Positions 1 through 13,920 of a DNA stretch of 64,000 nt are shown one piece after another. This DNA is from Tubiluchus corallicola (Eukaryota > Animalia > Priapulida). A model generated the notes under the pieces. The model was not told the DNA's origin, made no database searches, and saw only the letters and a list, made by a program, of their open reading frames with translations. The stretch spans positions 1 to 64,000 of the forward strand of contig JAQGDQ010000267.1 in the NCBI GenBank assembly GCA_030141605.1, written 5' to 3'. The number at the start of each line of letters is the position of its first letter. Positions within the stretch are counted from its first letter, which is position 1. Made by a program: the position numbers and the translations under genes.

Positions 1-1469
1 TTGATCTGACACTTTGAGCAGGTGATCTACCGGGCCGTGCAGATGGGGTTTTGTTTTGAGCGGGGCTGTGCAATACCGGCGAATCATGCCCCTTGTAAAC
101 ATGATCAGGTTCTTGGACAGCACAAGAACAACGGACCGACCAGCAGGACAGGATAATTTATCTGTGGGCGTGGTGGTTGAGATGAATACATGCACCATTC
201 TTGTTGGGTGGATGAACAAAAAGAGCCAGCGCCTGGTGGTCATCCACAAGCAGTGATTGAATACTGCGGGATGGGTCAGAAACTTGTCTGTGCTTGAAGG
301 GATGGTTTTGCAGAGGGGTGGATTATTTGATCTTACTTGACGGAGTTTAGAAAAACAATGTATCATGTCCCAGCAGAAGCACTTGACAAATTAAAATTTT
401 TGGAAAGAATCGACGTTTTATTGGAAAGAGAAAAATTGGCAAGTAAAGACAATTTTTGCGAGGGAGTGTTATGTCTCAAGTCAACCACAGTTTAAAGATC
501 TATGGCTAAAGTCTAATTTGGCAAAAGAAAGGCTTGATTGACAATTTTAAGGATTACAGATAGGTTTGCTAAAAATTACAATATTGGCCAAAATATTGCG
601 TTTATGCAATGTCGAAACAAATCAGCTAGAAAATTGTTAAGTCACTATTAATTTTCAGAAAATGTACTAATGCCACCACAGCGTTAACATAAGAAAGCAA
701 GTCCTTTTTGAAATGCCATAGAGCCGAGAAATTTGTATATAAATTTAGCATCGTAAACTAGAAACATTTTAGCACTTGCCCACTATTTTTTTGCTTGGAA
801 ACTCCAAAAAATGAACATTTTATGCTAGCATTAACCCATGAAACTAAAAAAAACGATATATTAGTATGACTGTATTACCAATAAAGGTGTTGATTAATTC
901 AGGCCTCGACTGAGAAAATAATTAAAGCGCCAGGAAAACTTGAACGATTTTTTAATGCAAGTATAAACAAAAATAAAGGATAAATTACCATTTTGTTTAT
1001 TTAGGAAATGAGTTTTTTTAATGAAACCACGTTAAAATTTCAAAAGTTTTTATTTTTTAATTAAAAATTGATGTAATTCCAATGATACTTACATCTATTT
1101 TCATGGCAAAAATATTTTACCAATGGAAAGAGAAATACATTTTTAATGAATTTTTTTAAACTGGCGTACTTTTTGTGTTCACCCGTTAATTATACAGTTC
1201 GTCAAGTTGCAAGCAGTTAAAGACACCTTGCAGGTGTTTCTGCTTGTGGCGGGACCGGAATAGATTTTATACATCAAAACAAGGCTTATTAAAGTCCTTA
1301 TTGAGGCTTATTTCTTATGTAAAGCCTGCATTTGCAACAAAGCTTGTGTTTCACAAAAAGCCTTTCTAAGGTGTTTTTAGAAACATGTGAAAAAAGCGAC
1401 AAATAGCTGTAAACATGGCGTAACATCCCATTCTACCCAACCCACCCCTCCTTTGACCACAGTGCTTGT

Positions 1470-1710
1470 GTCCAATCAGCGGTCAGTTGCCTATTATTAG
1501 ATAAGAGAAGATGTTGCGTAACATCTGCGCTGACCATTACGCTAGTGGACAAAGAGTTGACCAGTACAGCAGCAACCAAAATTGATCACTTTCTCCACAC
1601 CCAGGACTCTTCTGTGTGTTTTGAAGATTTAATCTCATTTTTTCCCATTTTTGGAAGTTTCGCTAGAAGAAGACAGGTGCAAGAAGCTTTCCTACCTTGA
1701 AAGGTAAGTA
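1470..1710 (+). promoter_or_regulatory. Putative promoter and non-coding first exon (CCAAT box; strong splice donor)
   Basis: CCAAT at 1472-1476 in a locally more GC-rich segment; consensus donor AAG|GTAAGT at 1703/1704 followed by T-rich intron-like DNA. The nearest + strand coding acceptor is that of the F-box gene (TTCAG| at 10285), so linkage is inferred. Confidence 0.4.
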
Positions 1711-3021
1711 TTGACGCCTCACTGGGTTAATTACCTTCTGAATGTGATGTATGGCAGTCAAATTTTATCTAGTAATATTGAGTAATATGATCTGCGCTAT
1801 TGCGTACTTTTGCATACGGTGACAACATCTAGGTTAAGTGTGATATAATTGTATAGGTTGTGGACATTTAGCATAAATGATCAGCTCAAATGACTCTCAT
1901 GTAAATGTGAATAAAAGCGCTATAGCTGTTTTTGCGAACTTATGGCGCACATTGGCCAAGTTTTGGGGTTTTTCTTGTTATGTAATTGAGGATTTTTACA
2001 GTTGAATAACAGCGTATTCTTAGCTTCACGTTAATATTTTTAATGAGATTATTATTATTATTGTTATTATTATTTTTGTCTTTCACATGTTGTTTGCTTG
2101 TGTTTTTTTGTTTGTTTGCTTTTTGGTATTTTAATTGTTTACCAGCCCGTTGGAACTTCTATTTAGCTCACTATTTTTCATAAAAATTGCTCGGTTTTCA
2201 TTTGTTTAATTAATATTGGTAAAATAATAATCATTATTTTTACTGGCACTATACAGGCCTCAATAAATTTATTTTATATTTTAACTTTTTTTCTGTAGAA
2301 TTATATGGCATAACGTACAATTATATCAAGATTCTTTTAGGAGACGAGGCTTTATCTAATAAATTTTTTGCAAATAAAGAAATAGTGAGATACGAAAAAA
2401 TCGTTACTTAAAAATTACAAAATTAATTTTTTTCAAGTTCAGTTCTCTGTAAGTCAGGATCCACTGCTTAGTGGCAAGTCTACTTATCGTCAATGAATGA
2501 GGGGAATCAAATTAATTACTCTGAGATAAGACACTGAACTTAAATTTAAAGCCGAAATATGAAACCTGACTTTCGTAAGTGTAAACAGTGTCATGTTACT
2601 TAATACGTCATGTAACTGCAAGAAGTCATTATCCGGTGTGATAGTAAATAAGTTCGTATTGACAAAATGTGGACACTTTAGTCGAGCGTCGTATTTTGCG
2701 ATCCTGCTGCCACAATAGGAGCCACCTGCGGTAGCGCTGTATAGACTGTTTTCCTTTTTGGACATTTCTTGTTAATGCTGTCATTATACAGATTTAATTT
2801 CACAGTGGGCAGTTTTTGTGAACTACTGTGCTTAAAATTTCATTTCGTTTCTATTTGAGATTTTTAATTATAGTTGCTTCTGCTCTAGTACAGTACACGA
2901 CGATGGTCCCATCTAACGTTCTATTTTTGGGAGATATGGAAAGCTATTTTTTTATTTATGACCGATTACGTATACAGTGGATTATCAAAATTGCGTGTAG
3001 AAGAGAGTCTGAGACAGAAAA

Positions 3022-3411
<390 letters not shown>

Positions 3412-4233
3412 ATAGCGTAAAAAATCTGACTCGTTTTCTCCTGAAATTGGAATAATAATCAATATAGTAGCAGCCCGACTTGGCACATAAACGAATGACC
3501 TTCGTTTGCGAATGTTCGTTTTTGCAGGACAGGCCTGCATGCAGTTCCATGCAATCCCCTCCACTCCCACTTGCCACATGTCACCCAACACGAGGTCAAC
3601 AACCGCTTTGGGACAATTTGGCTCCCAGCAGTGGAAAAACACTTTCCCTAAGTCTTTAACCCTCATTAACCCTGGACTACCATTTTGCTAGCATGACACT
3701 AACACTTCCACGTAAGAATTGGAATACTGAAAATCAGCCGTAATTTTTGTAGGCATATTTTAATGGAAAGATTAATGGATGACGAATTAGTGAATTTATT
3801 CTTTACTTATGCAAACAAATTAAATTTTGAGGGCTCAAAAAGAACCTTGTTTTGATAGATGGAGGGTTAAAGTAAAGAGTGTATGTTGCACGATATTGTA
3901 CAACAACAGCTAATCTAGGGAAAGTGAACAAACATCATCACACATGCTACACCAAGCAATACATCAGGAATAACAGTTTCAAATGTCACACTACACGTTA
4001 TGTCTATATGGTCATATGATTATATTTATAGTGAATTACTTTAAAAATGCTTCTATGGTCATTTACTTCGAGACGTTTTAGTAGTTTTTAATGAGATGCA
4101 GAATGTAAAATCGAGTTACTTGATTACATGAATGCATTTTAATGTACAAAAGGTCAAAATATCAGAGATAGACAAAAATTTACAAGAGGAAAAGAAGAGG
4201 GAGTGGAAGAGACTCCGAGAAAAATGAAGACAA

Positions 4234-4239
4234 AGAGAA

Positions 4240-4289
<50 letters not shown>

Positions 4290-4292
4290 AGA
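4234..4292. repeat. (GA)n microsatellite
   Basis: Visible GA run. Confidence 0.9.
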
Positions 4293-4699
4293 ACGCATTT
4301 TAAATTACTTCGTGTAATTATTCCTAACACTAATCATTTAGCATACCATTCTGCCGGCTAGACGGTACTTTGCTCAATTATCGAATCTCCGTCGAATCAC
4401 GATCTTGCACGAAGCCAGTTACGTAACACCCGGACTCGCTCGATACCATTAGGGGTACGAGCGTGAGCAAAGGGTTAATCAAGTTCCAGCCTATATTAGA
4501 TATACAGTTATTGATTGTAAGCCAAGCCATTAGCATTGTTGTAAACGTAGTGCCTGGAACAGACTAGGCTTATGCATATTAATGAAGGTACTATGCATAA
4601 TTACTATAAACCAAATGAGGGTTTTATGAATGTCCAAGCAAGAAATGGGTAAAGGTGGTACAAGCCTTAACTTATAAGAGCAGGTAATGTGACACAGTA

Positions 4700-4765
4700 A
4701 TACAATTACCCAGTGGTCTAAGGCGTTTATCTTGTAAAAAGAAGGTCTCTGGTTCAAATACAAGC
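4700..4765 (+). mobile_element. tRNA-derived SINE head / tRNA pseudogene fragment
   Basis: A-box-like CAGTGGTCTAAGGCG and B-box-like GGTTCAAATAC at tRNA-like spacing; no complete cloverleaf seen. Confidence 0.4.
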
Positions 4766-5838
4766 TGTATTGCCACTTTTTCACATTTCCTGTTTCTCAA
4801 GTTTTGTATCAAAATCTAAATAGTTATGAGTTTTTATCATCATCAATAGTTTAGAAACTTTCCATTTATAATAGATATAATAGAATATGAAAAATGCATT
4901 AGTTCCACATCCAGGAAATTATAACCCAATGCATACTAATCTTATTTTCAGCTACGCGCTGAGTCGTTTTCCAATTTTGTCTGTAATAATTGCCTTTCTG
5001 CATTGTTTGTATGTATTTATTTGTACTTTTCCTTTTTCTAATTTTACAGCAATTACATTCCATATGTATGTATATATTTTATGTCTATAATCATAAACCT
5101 ACAGAGTTTGAACTAAAGATTTAAGTCCAAGACAACATCAAATCTTTAGAATTATATAAGCATTCCGAATAAATGATTTGGTTTTATTTCTAAGCATCAT
5201 TTGCAGTTTCGTACAACAGATGCTTTTATAGCAATGCAAACAAGAAAATAGTTTTCGCATCAATCTCTAATTGAATTTTCATCAGAAGGCGGTTGTTAAC
5301 AACTATCCTCAATATTCTCGTAACTCCTTTGGGAAATGGTTTGTGGCTCTGTGCCTGCCAGTTGACGCGCCCTACATATCCTCTCTTGATCACGTTACAA
5401 CGAAGACTTATATCAGCCATATTTTCTGGCTGCTCTAGAAAAAGCAATTGTATTAACGGAGAATAGCTTTCGGAGGACTGAGATCCTGTCATGATTCATG
5501 CGATAGTGTTGTTCATAAAACACCATTTCTCGATATTGACCTCTCAGTAGGTCAGCGGAGGAGTTTCTATAGAATCAGCTCCCACGGAGAGCATCATCCC
5601 AGCCATTGTTTCATGGCTTGCGTCTAAATAATGAGTGTTGAATGCGATTTTACTATTGCAAGTTTCACTTCAGACAATGTGCCGGCCAGTGGTTAATCAG
5701 TGGTTTAAATCCACTCAGTTGTCCATCACAGCGGTTCAAGTTGATCAATACTAGTGAGATTTCCTAGTGAGAAGTAAACCCGGAACTGTGGTGCATCCAT
5801 GGGAACGTTTAGGAATTCTTACATCTATTGATTTAATT

Positions 5839-5875
5839 CAGGGGTTCTCAACCTTTTTTACCCCATGTACCATGT
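5839..5875 (+). mobile_element. hAT/Charlie (MER5-like) MITE left terminus fragment
   Basis: CAGGGGTTCTCAACC matches the typical Charlie-type TIR. A right-end-like GGTTGAGAAAGTACTG occurs far away at 25803-25818, probably a separate copy. Confidence 0.4.
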
Positions 5876-8800
5876 CATCCGAATATCATCCGCCTTCCGT
5901 CTTTTCGAAGAAATTCGAACTTGAGTAATCTTTTGTGTTATATATTATGTATTATATATATGAATGTAATGTGTATACTGTGATAAATTGATGTAGCTTT
6001 TGTCTTACGTTTATTATGTACCTTACTTGTCGTATTGTGCCTATTTATTGTACTACGTACCTATTGTATCTATATATGTAAATGAGTATACTGAATTGTT
6101 GCTTTTAGTCTTATGCGCTAGTAGTTTATATTTTTGGCCCGGACGTATGTTTTAATATTGAAAATACTTTTGGCACTGAGAATTGTAATTTTTCTGAAAT
6201 CTATTTTATGGCAAATAAAGTATATATAAATATATGTTGTGTCAGAATGTCATCCCGCCTTTCCAGGATTGTCTGATTCTATTCTAAGTTTACTTGGATG
6301 ATTTATATAGTGAATCCTTACAAATGTAGTAGCAACAAAATATTAATAGATTTTAAAACTTGAATAAATAGTAGTTTTTATTTAGCCTGTGACATTCAAT
6401 AGTGTGACGTCCTGCAAATTACGTATAATTTGTAGATAATCTAATACAAGTAGTTTGTATCTGCCAAACTGTGCTACCCTTTCCTTTCTTGAAAAGCTAA
6501 AACTGCACTCTGGTCAAGAATCACTCAATTAATTGTTAAAGCCAGAAACAATTATTGATAGTCTGATTTGCTAGAGAAAAGTAGCTCACAGGATGTTAGT
6601 TTCTGTGAAAAAGGGTGAAAATTTTTTAATCTAATCAAGGATTTGCTTGTAATCTGGTGCTTTGAGTGTGCAGAAATGTACATATGCGGGCGCTTCTTGC
6701 GTTTTTTTATAATTGAGACATAAAGATAAGACCTAACTTTTGTTAGTGTCTTTTTTCACAATTTATTTGCCTTTTTGCAACCAAATTCTGATTTACTTTA
6801 CAACAAAATTGTTGAATTTTTCAGCTGTTCGCCAGCTTTTAGGATGTGTATAGTGCATGCACAGAATTATTTATGAGACGTTTTGGTAATTTTGGTTTTT
6901 TTAATTCCCTGTATTAAAGATTAAAGAATCAAGGTTCTTGCAAATTATTTTCATTCAAATATCATTATCATGCATGAGGTTTGGAAGCCATTCTTTGGAA
7001 GAATGGACCAGAATACTTTACAAAAACGTAAGTGGCAGGAAACAGAAGTATGTGGTTTTTAGATCTATTTTGTAAACAGTTGGAGTAACAAATCCACATA
7101 ATTACATTCTGACAAAAACTCCAAATACATAGGGCTAAAAGATTTGTATGAGTTTCTGATGGTTTTCTACTTGCAGAGATAATTACGAATTCTGACTAGT
7201 TAAAAGGTCCGTGGCTCAAATCAGGTGTCAGTCTCATTTTTTTTCTCATTTTTCTGCCCCTTCGATCAAACTTGCTTCACAAAATGGGGTTTGTGAAACA
7301 ATGTTTTCATGGGTTCATTCTATCATTTTTTAGATTTCAAGTTTTATCTTAAACTAAAGCATAGGTTGTTGTGACGGACTTTCAGGCAAATGATTTTGGA
7401 TACTAGAAAAGTGAAGCTATGAAGGCTTTAATTACATGGCACCCAATTCTAAACTAGACTTGCAACATAATTATGATATTTGCTGGACGCCATAGAACTT
7501 TGATGCGCCCGCATGGGTCCATCCTACCCGTATTCCCAAAATTTCCAAAGGGCGGATTTATTGATATAAGATGTGTGAAGGTAGTAGTTATAGATGATCG
7601 GCGTTACGTAAAGTTTTGTCCACAGCTATACTAGTTAGACTGGTCTGTCAACTGGCTAATGATAGTAATCTCCGTGATCAGTGGTCAGTGGACAACCAAA
7701 TGCCGGACAATGCATGTTTGTTTTTGTTTGATTGCGCCGTTTAGATGTATCGGCCAGGATTTAGATTACGGGAATTCTCTTTTATAATGCAAATGTGCAC
7801 TTCTGTGTGAAATATTGCGAATTCAATCCTTACGATGATATGTTAATCTAATACGATTATTTCAAGTATGTCTTACTTTTGCACAATTATTACGACTAAA
7901 ATCTATCCAACTAACAGTAAAAATCGCGTAAAACTCATACAACTGTTTTGATTCGGTTGTCAATTCTTTAGCGTGTACTGAGTGTCGGATGACTTTCTTG
8001 ATATGCTATTTTTCACGTTCTCACTTTACGTTTTGATGACTTCGCTACAAGAGTCATCTGTTAATTTGCCAACAGATGGCTAACAAAAATGGGCGATTAA
8101 AATGTACATATGGTCAATTTGATTTTAGTTAGATCACCAAAGTTGAAATGATGTCAGCTTCTTAACTGGCCATACCACGCGAATACTCGTATCTGGCGAA
8201 GTTTTTTTTATAGAAGAACTTGTGTTCTTCAGTTTTTCCAGAACAGTTCGTCTGCATATCAAAAATCATATTTTCGGTAGTTCGTCCGCATATCAAGATC
8301 ACTTTTTCTTTTTACCATTGTTGCTTAATTAATTTTTCTTTTCCAAAAGTGTTTATTGCAAAAGTTATCTTTCCTATTTTTCATCATGCTAGAAAGATAA
8401 AACGAAGAAAGTTTGTCCTGGGTCCAATAAGCGAAAGTGTTCGCGTGCCTCGTTTATATGAATCTACGCAATCGTTCCATCCCCGTGCCAGATTCTGCAA
8501 TTTATAAGAAATTTCGTAATGTCGCGTCCGCGACGCATTCTTTCCAACTCGTAACAGTGGATAAGGGTCACGTAACAGTGGACAAGGGTCAACGTAACGG
8601 TGCATCAATTGCAGGTGTTAGTGTGGGAACCCGAGGTGGGCTAAACTCATAAACGGTACATTCACACTCTACTCTTATCCATCCATTGATGTCCCCGATT
8701 GTCTTACAAGACAATGACTCTTTGGGCGGTAATATTTTGCCCCTCGCAACCAGATTAAGCGTGGTATACCTGCATCAAACAATACTAATACCCTGTGGGA

Positions 8801-10288
8801 AAGAGTTAAGACATTGGTTGAATGATGAGAGCTTAAATGCCTGTGTTTATCCTTAGGAGATGGGGCGGTTGTAAGACAGGAGCTTCCGCGGAGAAATTTT
8901 TAAGCATATTTTGGTTAAACAATACTTAACACATTTAATGCAACAATTTTTTATTATGTTTCTAAAATAATTGCTTATCCTATCCATTGAAAAAGGAGAT
9001 ATTAAAGGGACCAAGAATCTTGAGAGAGGGAAGAACTTCACAGAGAGAGTTCTAGTTGGAGGTCTGCCCTCCGCGTTCCATTCTGCTCATCAGAGCATCA
9101 AGCCATATCCCACCTTGTTTCTATTTGAAAGACCATATAGACACTCTAACCTGATTATGCTCAGTCGTCTTACAAAGCGTGGTATTTCACTAGCGCACTC
9201 TAAAATTCGAAAAGCAAAATTCACACAATTTGAAAACTGTATCTAGTTGAAATTTTACACAATACTGAAAATTCGCGATGCGGTCAACTCAATGTCAACG
9301 TTAAGCAGTTATGTGTATAACGTAGTTCACTGGCTTATTACGAGTTTCTGCGTGTTAACGCCTTATTGTACTTCACTCATCATCAGCAACCTTTGAAGCC
9401 GGTAGCACCGAAAGTGAGAAATAAAAGGCAAGCCCGAAATACAGATTTTAATGGTACCTAAACAAGTTTATGTTTCACATTTATTTTATCGAAAGGCTAA
9501 CACTGCAGCTTGGCTGGATAAAACACGCTCGAAACATGAGGTAGAAAACGTTTGTTGTGGCGCTTTGATTTTGCTTTTAGGTGACTCTTGAGATGGTGGC
9601 AATTTGTGTATTATAAATGTCCCAAGTTCTACTATTATAATTCCTATTACTGCAGACCGTGCATAACACAAACTCTATAGTAGCAATCTAATCTATAGTA
9701 CTAATCTATAGTAGCAACTATAATTATAGAAACATAATTATGTACAAGTGAAACATTGGTTTATTCAGAGCCAGACCCTTTAGTTAAAAACATCCAGCCA
9801 GAAATGCATTGATTCAATTTGGTCTATAGCCTTTGTTACTGCTAATGGCGTTTTATTCTCAAAAATATGATTTAAATAATAAATATCCCATATATGTATA
9901 AAGAACTTTGCACGGGAGAATTGAGATGTGGTGCAAAACAAGTGTGAAAGAATTAAATCTCATCATCTGAACATTAATGGGAAGAAGATAGCAGAAGATG
10001 TCTCTTCACCTATTCAAACACATACACACAAATGAATACACAGTACATGTTTATTTCTCTTATATAGCTATTATGTCTTGAAAATGTAAAATATTTGCAG
10101 TGCAAACAGCAGACAGACATTTTAACTATTAATTTTTACACGAAAATTAAATTAATTTTGCTAATTTCGCTATTACGTATGTATACTTATATCTCACTTG
10201 TTACTTTTCAGTACTGTACATATGTTAGTATTGTTGCAAGTTTCCTTTGAGGGGAAATCGAGTGTACGTTTTGTATATTCTTCAGGTT

Positions 10289-11275
10289 ATGCTACTGCAG
10301 ATGCCGAATGAACTCCAAGTCCTAATTTGCAGTTACCTGGATACTGCAAGTATGCAAAATCTGAGTCTAACATGCCATCAAATGCATTGTATCGTCAACA
10401 ACCCATCAAACTGGAAGCGTCGCATCATTTTTCTTAGGGAACTCACACGACTCTCTGCCATCTCTGCAGTGACGCTGAAGTCTAGAAATCCCACGAATTT
10501 GGTCTTAACCGTGTCAAGTGATGCTGATTTACTGGGTGGAAAAGCAGAACTAGTATACAGACTTGCTAAGTGCACACCTGAGTTAAAATCTTTGTATGTC
10601 AGTAGCGACAAATTTTCAACAATTCAGCCGCTGATGCATATGAATCTTATTATTCTCATCTATGCCAATCAAAAGGCTGATCACAATCACACTTTCTTTT
10701 CTAGTTTAACTGAAACAGCCTATCCCCACTTGAGGATTCTTCACATATCTGGCTTTACACATGTTACTCTGCCAGCTGTTGGCAAACTGCAACAACTGGA
10801 AGAGTTAAATCTTGTCGGCACCTGCACTTCATTTCTGGCACTGGTCAATCGGGTCGTATATAGTCTGCCAAGACTGACTCGACTATTCTTGGAAAAGAGC
10901 AAGAACAGCTATTGGCATCAGTTGAGAAAGGAGGAACAAATGGCCGAGCTGACTGAATTGCTACAGCCTCCTCAGGGAACTCTGCAAATGACCGAGTTGT
11001 GCAGTAAAAGCTGCAGCATGGTGCAATATATCCATCTCCATCTTGACATGCTGCATGTAAATTATAAGTATGGCAGAGCAATGTCTATTACTAAAAACAA
11101 AAGCTATGAAGCTGACTACAGCTGTTACGTGCCATTCCTCAAACTGGAGAACATATTTATAGGACTAATCACACCTTGGCGGGAACATGCCCGTAGTTGT
11201 GCTTGTTGTGCACATATCAGTCAGGAAGCATACTTACACCATTACCAGAAAACGTACAAAAATTTGATAAAATGA
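10289..11275 (+). CDS. F-box/LRR-like protein, 328 aa, single coding exon
   Basis: Acceptor TTCTTCAG| at 10285, ATG at 10289. N-terminal F-box motif (LLQMPNELQVLICSYLDTASMQNLSLTCHQMHCIVNNPSNWK) followed by LRR-like segments (LKSLYV, PHLRILHISG, LQQLEELNL, LPRLTRLFL). TGA at 11273-11275; AATAAA at about 11296-11305. Confidence 0.85.
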   Translation: MLLQMPNELQVLICSYLDTASMQNLSLTCHQMHCIVNNPSNWKRRIIFLRELTRLSAISAVTLKSRNPTNLVLTVSSDADLLGGKAELVYRLAKCTPELKSLYVSSDKFSTIQPLMHMNLIILIYANQKADHNHTFFSSLTETAYPHLRILHISGFTHVTLPAVGKLQQLEELNLVGTCTSFLALVNRVVYSLPRLTRLFLEKSKNSYWHQLRKEEQMAELTELLQPPQGTLQMTELCSKSCSMVQYIHLHLDMLHVNYKYGRAMSITKNKSYEADYSCYVPFLKLENIFIGLITPWREHARSCACCAHISQEAYLHHYQKTYKNLIK

Positions 11276-12544
11276 TGCTCTGTAAGAGACTTTTAAATAA
11301 ATAAACTATAATCTATCAATTGGGCATAATTTTTTTGCCGATAGCATCTGTTTGAAAGATTATCAGTAATGTTGCTGTACTGTGAGTGAATTAACTACAC
11401 TTGTACATATTTTACAGTAACTACAAGATCAGTTGTTTTTATTATTAAAGTCATCTGTCTATTTATAGTGAAAACTCTATCATCACGATCCCAAAATCCA
11501 TCTTCACTTTCTTCTTCAAGACCAATATCACACCTTTCAAAACCAACTATTTTTTAAAATTTACATGACAATTATCTCCAACATTTTTGCGTGTTTTTCT
11601 TGTAAAAAAGGGTAATAAATAAACATACTTACTTACTTACTTGTGCTGGTACATCTTGTAATGTACCAAAAAAAAGCCAAATAAAATAAATTACTCATTT
11701 TTTTGAACTAGTAATCGGCAGGCATAAAACGCACGAAAAGGCTAAAATGAAAAAAAGACGTAACATTCAATTTCCATCATAATTCAAATTCTATTGCCAC
11801 AAAAAACAGGAAGAATAACATATCATAATGCAATACGTAAATCTTTATTTCAGCTTAATGTACATTGCACCCATATACTACAGGAACAGTCTGGTCTAAA
11901 CATTATAGTACGACACCAGCAAATAATAAAATAATAATTATTCATAATATTAACTGAAAGATTATTATTATTAATGATGTAACAAACGCATAACTGTTTA
12001 AAACTGGAATCAAATTCACTAGGTTTGAATACAGGCAGCGCAGCGCCCTTTCTTTTGACCAAATTTGGATTCAAAATCCAATAACTGCGCATTTCCTTTA
12101 CCAATAATAACTCTTAGTAAATATGACACAAAGGAAAATTCAGACTATATTGCTTGGTTTAACAGTAAAGAAACTCTAAAGATATAGTGTACATGTAACA
12201 ATAAAACCTTACTCTATCATAAAACACATTGTTAACACTCTGACTTAAATTGTAAATTTTCGTAAAACAAAAAGGCACAAGCTTGCTTTAAGTGGCGCAG
12301 GTAATTTAAAAAAAGCAAGAATGTCCTGATTTGAAGGCAATTAAGTAACACCAAGATAAAGAATCAAAACAAGAAAAGAAGAAAGGAAAAGATGTCTGAG
12401 TAGAGAGATAACATTTTTTCATGAGCAAATACTCTGTCACAAGTAAATTTCATATATTCAAGAAGCTAATTTGCAAGTTAAGAGATCGACAGACAGAGAG
12501 GCAGGTTTAATGGCATTAGCTCGTAACACTATAGCACCATCTAT

Positions 12545-13200
12545 TGTGAAGCATATCAACTACTCGTATCAACTACTTGTTGTTGTTCATCAGCCTGATG
12601 TAATAAACGAATTGTAGTCTGTTCGCCATTGCATTAACTTCGTTTATTGTAATATCTAAATGAACTGTTATTAATTATAATTGCATAATATCAAGAACCA
12701 ACTAAACGTCATATGGTATCAGAAGTGGTTGGGCCTCAGGAGGAAATTGGACAGCCAACTTGATTTCTGTGGTTGACAGAAAACTGGTGAGTTGGCTCCA
12801 GCAGTTTCAGTTATTAATGATGGTGAGTGGGAAACGGAGAAGTCTTAGCATACACAGTGTGCAATGCTTTTGCATTGTGCTGGAGAAAAAACACAGGCAA
12901 TAGATAAATCATTTGATAAACATGATAAAGGAGGGAATTATAATAACTGTAAGTAATTGATGGTGTAGCTATGAGGGGTTCTCGTGTTGTCATGCTACAG
13001 AAGCTGCAAAGAGATTTTTTGAACAAGATTCATGCCAGACATATGGGTTTAGAAAAGTGCAGACAAAGAGCATGTGGTTCAGTTTATTGGCCATCAGGAT
13101 GATTGAAAGATAAAGTGAAGAACTGTGATGCAAGTCTAATATACAGAGATATGTGGCTACACGAACCATTGCTGTCACATAATGTACCATCTGCCTGTCA
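12545..13200 (+). mobile_element. Decayed Mag-like Ty3/Gypsy fragment: probable LTR, PBS and integrase Zn-binding remnant
   Basis: PBS-like TGGTATCAGAAGTGG at 12714-12728 (near match to the tRNA-Leu(CAA)-complementary TGGTGTCAGAAGTGG); AATAAA at about 12602. Translation of about 12955-13200 gives RGSRVVMLQKLQRDFLNKIHARHMGLEKCRQRACGSVYWP...KNC...EPLLSHNVP, an integrase HHCC-region motif with stops. LTR start is approximate. Confidence 0.65.
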
Positions 13201-13289
13201 GACTTACATATTTTTAGATAAATGCATCCACAATGATTACCAGATCCACGTTTCGTGAAGTCAACACCAAATGCGGTAAAGACACTTAT

Positions 13290-13920
13290 TGCTTACGAAG
13301 CCACCATATTCATATTGCATATCCATACAACTGCACATATACACCAAGGAATACACATATAGAACTAAAATTCAAAACCAAGAACAAACTCGATGAGATG
13401 GAATGTAATGGGGTCATACGGAAAATAATTGAATCTATTAACTGTATCTCTAGTATAACCTTTATCTGGATCCAAAACATCTGAACAAAGAGCAGAAACG
13501 ACCACATTACCATACCCCCAGGCTTGAAGAATTGACACATACCGTTTCAGTAAATCACAGTATTTCAGCAAACTTGATGTTAGGAATGGATACTGCTCGG
13601 TATGCCTCGATGAGGAATCAGAGAAACTCACAGCATTCCAAACACCTTTTAGTCGGCATGTGTACCAGAGATTACTATTCAGTTAATCATTGTCTCAAGA
13701 CATATTCCAGTACAGAAGGGACATCATCCCTGAACAATGTGATGGATCAATTGGAATAACTTGTCATTCAAATAGATGACATTGTGGTGGGAAAATCCAG
13801 AAAGGAACTCAATCACAACTTACATCAGCTCATGCAACTAGCAGCTGTAAACAGATGAGTGTTTAATTCAGGCAAAATGTCGTATCAGGAAGAGAAGTAT
13901 CACATTCTTTGGAGAAACAC
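13290..13920 (+). mobile_element. Mag-like Gypsy reverse transcriptase pseudogene fragment
   Basis: Frameshifted motifs KLDEMECNGVIRKI, LDPKHLN, YFSKLDVRNGYCSVCLDEESEKLTAFQTPF, SQDIFQ, NHNLHQLMQ; multiple stops. Confidence 0.8.

Noticed and set aside
1-1190. Possible decayed DNA transposon (coding-like start, TIR-like end near 1161-1188)
   Set aside because: No recognisable transposase motif, and the partner terminus is outside the window.
3656-4478. piggyBac-like TTAACCCT...AGGGTTAA ends
   Set aside because: Matches are only 8-9 bp and the pairing is ambiguous.
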